A stretch of 64,000 nucleotides of DNA from Octopus vulgaris (taxonomy: Eukaryota), in the NCBI GenBank assembly GCA_951406725.2, contig OX597814.1, forward strand, positions 173,600,001-173,664,000, in the 5' to 3' direction. The notes under the pieces are model-generated. The model searched no databases and was not told where the DNA came from. It saw only the letters and a program-made list of their open reading frames with translations. This document shows positions 1-11,129 of this stretch, one piece after another; position 1 is the stretch's first letter, and each line of letters begins with the position of its first letter. Position numbers and translations under genes: made by a program.

Positions 1-1555
1 GAGTTGCTCGGGGTCTGGTTTGGTCCGGACCTCCAAGTGGAGAAGAACTGGAACGAGATAACGAGTAGAGTGGTCACTCTCGCCCGGCAATGGGCCGAGA
101 GGAAACTGTCCCTAAAAGGTCGGGTGGAGGTGGCGAACACGTACATCGCGTCCGTCATCTACTACCGCCTGACCGTCGTACCTTGTCCCGACCCTACCAT
201 CACCAAACTACAACGCATTCTCTTTCGCTTCTTGTGGAAATGATGCGTCCCGATGGTCAGGCGATCCATTTGCTGTCAACACCCGTTAAAAGGAGGGCTG
301 GGCATGCCGTGGTTGATGATGCGCAGACACGCGCTGAGACTGCGACATCTCTGGCTCTATGTAGACGACATTGAACAGGTGTGGTCGCCGTTTGTGAGGC
401 ACGCTTTCCCGCAGCTCGTCTCCATGACCGAACTGCAGTCGTGGATCAAAAAGAGGCCGAAGAAGGGCGAATGGCACCGCGAGTGTCGCGTTGCTCTCAA
501 GCAACTCTGCCGTCCTGGGTCGACCTTGAGTGACTTCAACACAACCAAAGCATTCTATAGGGGTTTAGTGGAGGGGAGGTACGACGACGAGCTCGGGGCG
601 AACCTGGACGTCGACGAGGAGTACCTGACCCGCCTGTTCAGGACGACTTTCGGGCCAGGGCCCATGGACAACTTCCAGAGATCCCTGGCCTGGCAGTGCT
701 ACCGAGAAGCGCTACCCGTTCGGGATAAGCTCTACAGACACGGCTCGAGAAACACGAGGCCGGCCTGCCCGAGATGCGGTCAGAGCGACGAAACCGTTCT
801 GCACGCACTCGTGCAGTGTCCAACAATTTCCGACCTGTGGGCTTGTGTCGAACAACTGCTGTCACGTGTGGGACGAGTCGGTTTATCAGCTGAGTCTATC
901 GTTAATATTGTCACGCCTCCCTCCTTCAGACGGGAAGGAAGAGCTATTTTCATCATCCTTGTGGCTATGGCGAAAGAATGTATCTGGTGGACGCGTCTGA
1001 AAGGATTGGAGACAAACACTTTCCTCTCTGGTCAATCTCTCATCAACTTCTTCAAGTACCACTTGAAAAGGAAAGTGAGAGTAGAGAGGCAAGTTTTGTC
1101 TAGCGAATGTTTTAAAAAAAGATGGGTGAATGTAGCAAGAATGGCACGTATGAATGACGAAGCCACCTTGAGCATGATCCTATGAACCCAGAAATTGAAA
1201 ACAGAGAGTTGCTTATTTGCAAAAAAAAAAAAAAAAAGAAATATAACATGTGACTCCATTGACCGAGGTTACCGTGGTCTTTTCCGTAGGCTCTTCTTTC
1301 CACGGGTAAACCTCACCTGTCCTCCCCTTTACACTTCATATTGACATTTCTGTGATAACGATCCCTATTGATCAATTTTTTTTTTCCTCTCCCCCTTTTT
1401 TTAACCCCCTTTTTTTGTCCTCTTTCTCTCCTTTTACGATCCCTTTTGATCGAAACTCGCCCTTCCTTTTTTTTTTTTTTTTAAACCTTCAAAAGAAAAG
1501 CTCTACCTTGTAATTTGTTCTATCTGTGTGCAGCCCTGTGTGGCTAATAAAGAAA
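1..1555 (+). mobile_element. Tx1/L1-clade non-LTR retrotransposon, 3' part (end of RT, zf-RVT region, 3' UTR)
   Basis: ORFs 4-243 and 253-1185 are in one frame, split by a single TGA (241-243). Motifs LG..W..RKLSLKGR, FLW, P..GGLG and CPRC..ET..H....CP match the L1/Tx1 ORF2 C-terminus. Pyrimidine-rich 3' UTR ends AATAAAGAAA (1546-1555) next to (TATC)n. Confidence 0.88.
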
Positions 1556-1556
1556 C

Positions 1557-1627
1557 ATATCTATCTATCCATCCATCCATCTGTCTATCTATCTGTCTAG
1601 CTGTCTATCTGTCTTTCTATCCATCCA

Positions 1628-1663
<36 letters not shown>

Positions 1664-1735
1664 TCCAGCTATCTATTTATCTATCTATCCATCCATCCAT
1701 CTGTCTATCTATCTGTCTAGCTGTCTATCTGTCTT

Positions 1736-1820
<85 letters not shown>
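1557..1820. repeat. (TATC)n/(TGTC)n microsatellite with a 120-bp internal duplication
   Basis: Directly visible; 1561-1620 recurs at 1681-1740. Confidence 0.95.
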
Positions 1821-2054
1821 ACAGATATATATACACATATGTGTGTGTGTGTGTGTATGTATTTGTGTGTATATTATGCCTATATGCGCCTATGTGCATT
1901 TGTGTGTATACGTATAATTGGTTGTCACTGCTCTATTCAGCTGTCTCAAAACGCCATAAACACCAACAGTACGTTAGAAAGAGAATGAGGGAGGAGATAG
2001 GGGTTAATATCTGTACTGGATTCCTTCGACATCTTCATCATTACTATGTGAATT

Positions 2055-3590
2055 ATGACGATGATGATGATGATGCTGATGACGATGATGGTGACTGCGA
2101 CGAGGGCGGCGACGGCGACGACGATGGCGATCGTGATTATTATGGCAATAACGAGAATCAAGATCATGATGATCGTCATCATCTTGTTCGTCATGATTAA
2201 TGACGATGATGACTGTGATGATGTGATTATTGATGGCTCTAATGATTATAGCATTGTACATAATCATAATGGCTCTGGGACGATGGTTGTGATGATAACG
2301 AGGGCTAATGGCGATAGCGATGTTGGTGGAGGTGGTGGTGGTGGTGGTGGTAGTGATGGTGGTAGTAGTGATGGTGGTGGTGATGATGGTGGTGGTGGTG
2401 GTGGTGGTGATGGTGGTGGTGGTGGTGGTGGTGGTGGTGGTGGTGGTGGTGGTGGTGGTGGTGGTGGTGGTGGTGTGGTGGTGGTGGGGTGTGGTGGTGG
2501 TGGTGGTGGTGGTGGTGGTGGTGGTGGTGTGGTGGGTGGTGGTGGTGGTGGTGGTGGTGGTGGTGGTGGTGGTGGTGGTGGGTGTGGTGGTGGTGGTGGT
2601 GGTGGTGGGTGTGGTGGTGGTGGTGGTGGTGGTGGTGGTGGTGGTGGTGGTGGTGGTGGTGTGGCGGTAATGGTGGTTGCGGTGGTTGTTATAATGGTGG
2701 CTGTTGTTGTGTTGGTAGTAATGGTGGAGGAGGAGGAGGAGGAGGAAGAGATGACGGTGGTGTAACAGTAGTGGAAGCGGCGGTGGTGTGGTGGTGGTTA
2801 AGATGATGATGATGATGATGATGACGAGGAGGATGATGATAATGGTAACGATAGTGGTGGTGGCGGTGGTGGTGGTAGTAGCAGTAGCGGTAGTAGCAGT
2901 GGTAGCTATAGTATTTACTGATGATGACGTTCACGGTGACAATGACAACGATGACGAGGAGGAGGAGGGCAAGGAGGACGAGGAGGAGGGAGAGGAGGAG
3001 ATCATTGAAAAGAATTGTGAGGAGAAAGAGGAACAGCGGAGGTTCGAATTGAGGGGGAACAAGCGAAAGAGAAGTAAAAAGCTGGCGAAATTAGTAGTGA
3101 GCGTTTGGTATTGGTACTGGAAAGCTAGTCGTGGCGGCGGCGGCGGCGGCGGCAGCGCTGGTGGTGGTGGTGGTGGTTGTGGTAGTTGTGGTGGTTGTGG
3201 TAGTGGTGGTGGTAGCGGCGGCGGCGGCGGCGGCGGCGCTGGTGATGGTGGCGGCGGCAGCAGCGCTGGTGGTGGCGGCGGCGGCGACAGTGCTGGTGGT
3301 GCAGGCGGCGGCGGCGACAGTGCTGGTGGTGCAGGCGGCGGCGGCGGCGCTGGTGGTGGTGGTGGCGGCGGCAGCGCTGGTGGTAGTGGTTGTGGTGGTT
3401 GTGGTGGTAGTGGAGGTGGCGGCGGCGGCGGCGCTGGTGATGGTGTCGGCGGCGACAGTGCTGGTGGTGCAGGCGGCGGCGGCGCTGGTGGTGGTGGTGG
3501 TGGCGGCGGCGACAGTGCTGGTGGTGGTGGCGGCGGCGGCAGCGCTGGTGGTGGTGGTGGTGGTGGTGGTGGTTATGGCGGCGGCAACGT
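2055..3590. repeat. Trinucleotide low-complexity block: (GAT)n, (GGT)n, (GAG)n and a GGC/GGT minisatellite
   Basis: Long GGT run at ~2325-2660; GGCGGCGACAGTGCTGGTGGT units at 3131-3585. Confidence 0.92.
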
Positions 3591-4065
3591 CGGTCTCAAC
3601 GAAAAGAAAGCCATATCAGCGACGGTGGTGTGTAACTGAAAACCAATTAACGAACAATTAATGAATAGTTTTGAATAGACATGTATCTTGTGGTTCTTAT
3701 ATGTCTTATGTCCAACGTCTCTAAGTGTCTAATGACTACAGTTTGATTAACGTAAATAATTCACTCAATCAACTTCCACTGCTAATTATACTGGCAGTAG
3801 GCGGAATTAACGTGGACACAGCCGCAAAGTCGCAAATCAGTAATGAACAGAAAGAGCGATGAAGCATCGATCAAGATTGTTGCTTCCAGCAAGGTCATTA
3901 TGAAGTAGGACGGTGGTTTGTATCTGCCAAGTGTATTCGATATGATTATGTACAACCAGAGCGCTAGGGAATGGAGTAAGATAACCAGTTCTGTTAGTGC
4001 AGTAATTATTAACCTTCTTCTGCTGAATCGTTATGAAGTCGGGAAAAAATAATCGTATTTTTTCC

Positions 4066-4390
4066 CGCGTATTTATATTCTGAGTTCAAATTCCACTGAG
4101 GTCAGCTTTGCCTGATATACTTTGTGAAGAAGGCGTTGGCGAACTGGCAGAATCGTTAGCTCGCCGGACAAAATGCTGAGCAGCATTTATTCTGGCTGCT
4201 CTATATTCTGAGTTCAAATTCCGCTGAGGACAGCTTTGCCTGATATACTTTGTGAAGGTGCTGGCGAACTGGCAGAATCGTTAGCTCGCCGGACAAAATG
4301 CTGAGCAACATTTCTTCTGGCTCTACATTCTGAGTTCAAATTCCGCTTACCCCACTTCCCTCTGCCCAAAATTTCAGCCCTTTCACTGTA
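4066..4390 (+). mobile_element. Tandem partial tRNA-derived SINE copies (Meta-domain-like family)
   Basis: Repeated GGCGAACTGGCAGAATCGTTAG...TTCTGAGTTCAAATTCC (A/B-box-like) units. Confidence 0.75.
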
Positions 4391-4411
4391 TGGTATTTTG
4401 ATTATATACTA

Positions 4412-4781
4412 GTGGCACTCCGTCGGTTATGACGACTACGAGGGTTCCAGTTGATCCGATCAACGGAACAGCCTTCTCGTGAAATTAACGTACAAGTGAC
4501 TGATCGCTCCACAGACATAGTTCTCGGGGAGATTCATCGTGACACAGAGTGTGACAAGGTTGGCCCTTTGAAATACAGGTACAACAGAAACAGGAAGAAA
4601 GAGTGAGAGAAAGTTGTGGTAAAAGATTTCAGCAGAGTTCGCCACCATCCCCTGCCGGAGTCTCGTGGAGCTTTAAGTGTTTTCGCTCAATAAACACTCA
4701 CAACACCTGGTCTGGGAATCCAAACCACGATTGTACGACCGCGTGTCCGCTTCCCTAACTACTGGCGCATTGCACCTCCAC
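4412..4781 (-). mobile_element. tRNA-derived SINE (head C + tail X)
   Basis: Reverse complement of the copy at 45495-45876. Confidence 0.85.
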
Positions 4782-4939
4782 TGATTATATATATATAAAT
4801 TATAATTTAGGGTATCTAAGAGATACCGCCACGCTGGAAATAGCAGCCAAAACCTAACTCTAAAACCACATTAAATGTTCATACAGCACCAGGAGAGAAG
4901 ACAAAAAGACAAAATAAACTAGCAAAAGATTACTGGATA

Positions 4940-4997
4940 ATTCCAGATCCCGGATTTCTGGCTTTGTATAAGAAATGCTTTGCCTCTTCAGTAGAAT
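4940..4997 (-). ncRNA. Type I hammerhead ribozyme motif, non-canonical (extra A before GAAA)
   Basis: Minus strand reads AUUCUA-CUGAAGA-GGC...GCC-A-GAAA-UCCGGGA-UC-UGGAAU: 6-bp stem I, 3-bp stem II, near-palindromic stem III, AUC site. Confidence 0.65.
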
Positions 4998-5015
4998 ATA
5001 CGCAGAAAGTAACAT

Positions 5016-5068
<53 letters not shown>

Positions 5069-5300
5069 TATATATATATATATAACATACGAATACTTAC
5101 ATATACGAACGTACTCACACACTCGACCCATTCACACATACACACTCACACACAAACACACCACACATATAAGCAGATAGGCGCAATATGATACCATAAT
5201 GTGAAACCTATATTGCAAGATATAAGAGTTAAAGGTTCTTAATGTTGTAATATATATATGCACTGACAGGGAAGATAACCGCCTCATGAGCGTCTATAGG

Positions 5301-5353
5301 ATCACTAGACTAGACTAGTTTCGCTTATCAGTCATAGTCTCATTAGTAGTGAT
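5301..5353 (-). ncRNA. Degenerate minimal hammerhead motif (G5A)
   Basis: AUCACUA-CUAAUGA-...GC-GAAA-CUAG-UC-(UAGUC duplication)-UAGUGAU: perfect 7-bp stem I, ACUAGU palindromic stem III, core G5 mutated. Confidence 0.6.
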
Positions 5354-5446
5354 TACTCAAACGCCCAATCGTTTGGCCATAAATTTTCTTAGTAAAAATA
5401 TATATACTGACAGCCGAATTTAACCAAACCATCGAGCGTTTGAGCA

Positions 5447-5494
5447 ATCAATACTGACGAGTTTGCGACTGAAAAGCGAAACTGGTCCAGTGAT
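5447..5494 (+). ncRNA. Minimal hammerhead motif, intact core, mismatched stem I
   Basis: AUCAAUA-CUGACGA-GUUU...AAGC-GAAA-CUGG-UC-CAGUGAU; GUC site; two mismatches in stem I. Confidence 0.65.
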
Positions 5495-5632
5495 CTTAGA
5501 GATGTTCATTGGGCTGTTATCTCCCCCTGTCAGTGTATATATATTTCGCACTTCTTACAGCATTAAGAGCTTTTAACTCTTATTTCTTGCAATATACGTG
5601 CTTCGGCACAGTCATAATTAGTGACGATAAAA

Positions 5633-5683
<51 letters not shown>

Positions 5684-5787
5684 CGTAAGTCGTCTAAGAG
5701 ACCATAAGTCAGGAAAAAAAATACACTCGTGTATCAGTCAGTTGAATGGGTATATTATCCGAAATGTATAGTATTAAATATCCATCA

Positions 5788-5880
5788 CGGCTGATCTTAC
5801 CAATCGGTTTCGCGTAAAGAATACAATGGAGTGTAGATAACAAACTGATTATATAACTTTACGCTCATCAGAGTCAGCCG
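5788..5880 (-). ncRNA. Type I hammerhead ribozyme with intact catalytic core
   Basis: CGGCUGACU-CUGAUGA-GCGUAAAG-(loop)-CUUUACGC-GAAA-CCGAUUGG-UA^AGAUCAGCCG: 9-bp stem I with one bulge, 8-bp stem II, near-palindromic stem III, GUA site between 5798 and 5797. Confidence 0.85.
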
Positions 5881-6377
5881 ATATGGAAGGGAATACGGTG
5901 ACTGCTCTCTATTGTTGGAGGTAGATTTGCACAACCGGTCGGCAGTTACTGTGAAAAGGTGATGGAACGAAAAGAGGGCCAAGGGATTAGTTTAAGAATT
6001 ATGTCCATTGGTTGGGTATTCTGTGAAACCGGCAAGAGTTATCTTGAAGTGGGGAAAGTCTGTATTATTAATGTGGTGTTCCTGTGGGGTTGGTGTGTAT
6101 GGTATGTGTAGTGATGTCATATGTATCATTTTTCCGGACGTCTAGGTATATATAGCTGTGTTCGTTAGTCCGTTTTCTTTCAGTAAAGGATAAAGTCGTG
6201 GGGTGGAATTATGTGAGTGTGCGATGTGTAATGTGTGGGGAAGGGGTACTTGTGTATATGTGGGGGTACAATTCGTGTGAAGGTGTATGTGTTGGAGACA
6301 CAGATTAATTTGTAGGGTGTCCGCCTTATATGTATGTATACGTATATGACAAATCTAACTGTGTTTATCAGCGTTAC

Positions 6378-6550
<173 letters not shown>

Positions 6551-7237
6551 TGGCCGACATTCTTTATTTGAAATCTCTACAATTGTTTCGACACATTAAG
6601 TTGATAAAGTTTATCAACGATAAACTTTGTCCATAGTTTTACTCCATAAAACTTTCCCTACTAAAACTCTACGAACTGCATCTGACATTTTGATTCACCG
6701 TTTTTCTTTTCTGTTTTTTTTTTTTCTTTTTCTTATTTTTTTTTAGTCAGAGATATATTTCTCGTTTACTAAATAGTAAAGAAACCGGAAAAACTAAATC
6801 TGGTTTTCTGAATGAGTCATTGCAGACTTTGAAAGGTTTTTTATACTATATTTATTAATATATTCTTTTTGCCTCACAATTTATATGTTTATATCTTTGG
6901 CATCAAAGAAATGGAAAATATTAACATGAATGAGTTTGTTGAAAGGATGCTCGAAAATAAATATAAAGACCAAAATTGCATGAAAACACGAATTGGACAA
7001 CATCAGCAGGCGCTTAAATCAACGAAGGTTTTAGAAAGTTTGAGGTGCTGTTGTCTTGTCATCGTCGTCGTCGTCATCGTTTTGTCCCAAGGTGGCCTTG
7101 GTCGAACAACAAAACTTTGCGAAAAAGCATACCAGTCATAATCATCTCGTATTTTAGTTTTTCATCCATAACGTACACCAGACTACATTATCCAATATGT
7201 GTCCTTTTTCTAAGACAATTGACTCGCGGGCGCAATT

Positions 7238-7564
7238 GAGATAACAGCCCAATGAACATCTCTAAGATCACTGGACCAGTTTCGCCTTTCAGTCGCAAAC
7301 TCGTCAGTATTGATTGCTCAAACGCTCGATGGTTTGGTTAAATTCGGCTGTCAGTATATATATTTTTACCAAGAAAATTTATGGCCAAACGATTGGGCGT
7401 TTGAGTAATCACTACTAATGAGACTACGACTGATAAGCGAAACTAGTCTAGTCTAGTGATCCTATAGACGCTCATGAGGCGGTTATCTTCCCTGTCAGTG
7501 CATATATATATTACAATATTAAGAACTTTTAACTCTTATATCTTGCAATATAGGTTTCCCATTA
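7238..7564 (-). repeat. Inverted near-identical copy of 5197-5523, including both hammerhead motifs (7267-7314 -, 7408-7460 +)
   Basis: Base-by-base reverse complement with only a few substitutions. Confidence 0.93.
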
Positions 7565-8225
7565 ATTGGCTCGCGGGTGCAATTGTACCCGCGGGCAAGG
7601 TTTTCCCCACCCCTGCTTTGCAGAATGAATAGGAAAATAACTCGTTTGACACACATGTGATCCCAGGTTCCAGGTTTGGTTCCCATTACTCTGTACCTTA
7701 GGTGTCTGGTTTCCACCAAAGCTGCTAATCAACAATAGCTTTATCAGTGGAAATTGGGTACGCAGAGTGGATTGTGCCTGTTCTTAGACGGTATGCTTAA
7801 TCCAGCTAGATTTTTAGTAGCAAGACCTGGACTTCTTTGAGATTTTACGTGCCTTTAGTGGGGTTCATTCTTTTGTAAAGTATTTCAATCAGGTTTTGGT
7901 CTGGTATTAACTCGATAGTTACTTATGCTGGTTGCTGCTGCAATAACAGACCAGATGTGATTTCTGAAAACAAAAATACTTCAAGGGAGCAATACTTGTT
8001 ACTAAACAAGGAGCTCTTAACTGGGATGAGAGACTCGTTTTCAGATATCGCTATATGTGTATGCATACTACACAAACACACACACACACACACACATACA
8101 CACACACACGCACGCACGCACACACACACACATTATCTTTATCTTTTACTTGTTTTAATCATTAGACTGCAGCCATGCTTTGAAGAATTTTTAGTCGAAC
8201 GAGTTGACACCAGTACTTTTCGTAA

Positions 8226-8273
<48 letters not shown>

Positions 8274-8455
8274 ACCTTCGAAACACGCATTATTGAGTCG
8301 AACCAGGGGCAGCTGATGTAGGGGAATTTTCCTTGTATTGTTTGTCCTGTACTCTGTTTTTTCGTTGTTAAAAAAAGTCCGTTTCCTTGTTTGATTTTAT
8401 GTTTTCGTTTCTCGTTGTGTTCTACGTTTATTTGTGGTGTCCTGTACTCATATAT

Positions 8456-8511
<56 letters not shown>

Positions 8512-9050
8512 GTAAGTATGTACATATATGTATGTATATATGCATATGTTTTATTTATTTATTATATTGTTATTATATGACCGAACGCACGCGTTATTTC
8601 TCTTCTCCAAGTAAGTTTATATATATATATAAGGGGTTTCATTCAGTTTCCGTCTGCCAAATCTACTCACAAGGTTTTGATCTACCCGAGGCTATAGCAG
8701 AAGACATTCGTCTAAAGTGCCACCCAGTGAGACTAAACCCGGAACCATGTGGTTGGGAAAAAACTTCTTACTAACAACTACGTTTGTGTGCCTACACACA
8801 CATACATACACACACACACACATACACACACACACACATACACACACACACATAATATACATGCATATATATATATGCGCACAAACACACACATGTATAT
8901 GTATGTATATGTATATATGCATATGCGTGTGTGTAAAATAAAACCAAAGCAAGCTAGTGTCAATATGACAAGCAAAAGATTCTCCACAAAAGAATTTTAG
9001 ATATTAAATCTAATTACGTTAGGATCCCTCATATGTAATATAGTGAGCTG

Positions 9051-9818
9051 AAATACTTCAAGCACCTGAAATTATCCGAGTAATTAATTGATAAAGTCTC
9101 CCTCTTAGGGGAGTTTAAAGCCCTGAAAAACTCACAAGGGGCTAAACATAGAGAGGACAAAGAAGGACAGACAAACAGATTAAGTCGATTATATCTACCC
9201 CAGTACGTAACTGGTACTTATTTAATCGACCTCGAAAGGATGAAAGGCAAAGTAAACCTCGGCGGAATTTGAACTCAGAACGTAAAGACAGACGAAATAC
9301 CTATTTCTTTACTACCCACAAGGGTCTACACACAGAGGGGACAAACAAGGACAGACAAACGGATTAAGTCGATTACATTGACCCCAGTGCGTAACTGGTA
9401 CTTAATTTATCGACCCCGAAAGGATGAAAGGCAAAGTTGACCTCGGCGGAATTTGAACTCAGAGCAAGGGGGATGACTCCAAACCTCTTTTAAAATTAGT
9501 AGCTTTTAACAGACCGGGTCATGATTAAAATCTTACAAGTATGCCAAAGTGTGTATAGGATCTTGTTGGTTAATCATTCAGGTGAGGGCCTGGAATCGAA
9601 ATACTTCGAGCACCGGAAATTATCCGAGTAATTAATTGATAAAGTCTCCCTCTTAGGGGAGTTTAAAGCCTGAAAAACAACAAGCAAGGAGGGTAACTCC
9701 AAACCTCTTTTAAAGATAGCGGCTTTTCACAAACCGGGTCATGATTAAAACCTTACAAGTCTATCGAAGTGTTTATAGGATCTTATTGGGTAATCATTTA
9801 GGTGAGGGCCTGGAATTA
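9051..9818. repeat. Two-copy ~218-bp tandem repeat, first unit interrupted by an inverted SINE-dimer copy (9133-9465)
   Basis: 9051-9137 plus 9463-9599 matches 9600-9818. Confidence 0.85.
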
Positions 9819-10377
9819 CAAAACTTTTTTTTTCTAAAACTATCGACAAAACTTTTAAATAAAACAATAAAAAAGTTGCTTTATTTTTATGTTCTTTTTT
9901 TTTTCGTTACTTTTTTTCTGGCACATTAATAGTAGCCTCCCCTAGATCTATAAGCTTTTTTGTTAATTTTGTTTTTTGTTGTTGTTTTAATTTTCTCGCA
10001 GCCGAAAGTATTAATCAGTCTAAATTAAACGAAAGAACTACAGGTCAAAGTCTACATACTGGTGTTTTTCATATGACAGGGTGTCACTATGGAAGGGAAG
10101 AAGTGTCTATGAAAATCGAAACTGGATTTTTAATAAGAAATTTATTCAACTCTATAGTGAGAAAGCCAAATTATATGAATTCAGTCATTTTATTAATAGG
10201 TGTAAAATATTTCACTAGTTCTGAAAAGTATCTTTAGTTTTTGTCTTGTTTCGTTTGTTTTTGTTTTTGTTTATCCTTTGTTTTAGTTTCTGGTATTCGT
10301 CCGTTTCAAAGTCATTTCTATCTGTTTTATTCTTTGTACCCACCATATTTGCATCGTGTAAATAATTTGTTCTGTGT

Positions 10378-10968
10378 AAGGCGGCGAGCTGGCAGAAACG
10401 TTAGCACGCCGGGCGAAATGCTTAGCGGTGATTCGTCTGCCGCTACGCTCTGAGTTCAAATTCCGCCGAGGTCAACTTTGCCTTTCATCCTTTCGGGGTC
10501 GATAAATTAAGTACCAGTTACGCACTGAGGTCAATGTAATCGACTTAATCCGTTTGTCTGTCCTTGTTTGTCCCCTCTGTGTTTAGCCCCTTGTGGGTAG
10601 TAAAGAAATAGGTATTTCGTCTGTCTTTACATTCTGAGTTCAAATTCCGCCGAGGTTGACTTTGCCTTTCATCCTTTCGAGGTCGATTAAATAAGTACCA
10701 GTTACGTACTGGGGTAGATATAATCGACTTAATCTGTTTGTCTGTCCTTCTTTGTCCCCTCTGTGTGTAGCCCCTTGTGGACAGTAAAGAAATAAGAAAC
10801 GTTAATACGCCGGGCGAAATGCTTAGCGGTATTTCGTCTGTCTTTACATTCTGAGTTCAAATTCCGCCGAGGTCGACTTTGCCTTTCATCCTTTCGGAGT
10901 CGATAAATTAAGTACCAGACTGGCCCCCTCCCCAAAAGTTTCGGTCTTTGTGCCTAAAATAGAAAAGA
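10378..10968 (+). mobile_element. Tandem trimer of a tRNA-derived SINE with a Meta-domain-like body
   Basis: A/B-box head; body GACTTTGCCTTTCATCCTTTCGGGGTCGATAAATTAAGTACC resembles the Meta/Sauria-SINE conserved domain (from memory); tail CCCTTGTGGGTAGTAAAGAAA. Confidence 0.85.
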
Positions 10969-11060
10969 ATAATTTGTTTTGTGTAGTTGTTTAGGCACAG
11001 ATTCAGCACGTAATCATCATGTGTGTGTGTGTGTGTATATATGTGTGTGTGTATGTGTGT

Positions 11061-11129
<69 letters not shown>

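Larger units (their letters stand above)
5209..5596. mobile_element. Fold-back element with ~155-bp diverged inverted arms, each carrying a hammerhead motif (probably Penelope-like pLTR-derived)
   Basis: Ends TATATTGCAAGA / TCTTGCAATATA. Arms ~5209-5365 and ~5436-5596 are reverse complements. HHR motifs at 5301-5353 (-) and 5447-5494 (+). Confidence 0.8.

Noticed and set aside
2055-3661. Long Gly-, Val-, Ala- and Trp-rich ORFs that could suggest a glycine-rich structural protein
   Set aside because: Several frames are open simply because the sequence is GGT/GGC triplet repeat; no credible signal peptide or splice context.
3781-3900. CGATGAAG...ATCGAT reminiscent of 5.8S rRNA
   Set aside because: Only a few bases match; the rest of the 5.8S sequence and rDNA context are absent.
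6869-7141. 90-aa ORF with a protein-like middle (MENINMNEFVERMLENKYKD)
   Set aside because: No recognisable domain or convincing splice sites; runs into a GTC repeat.
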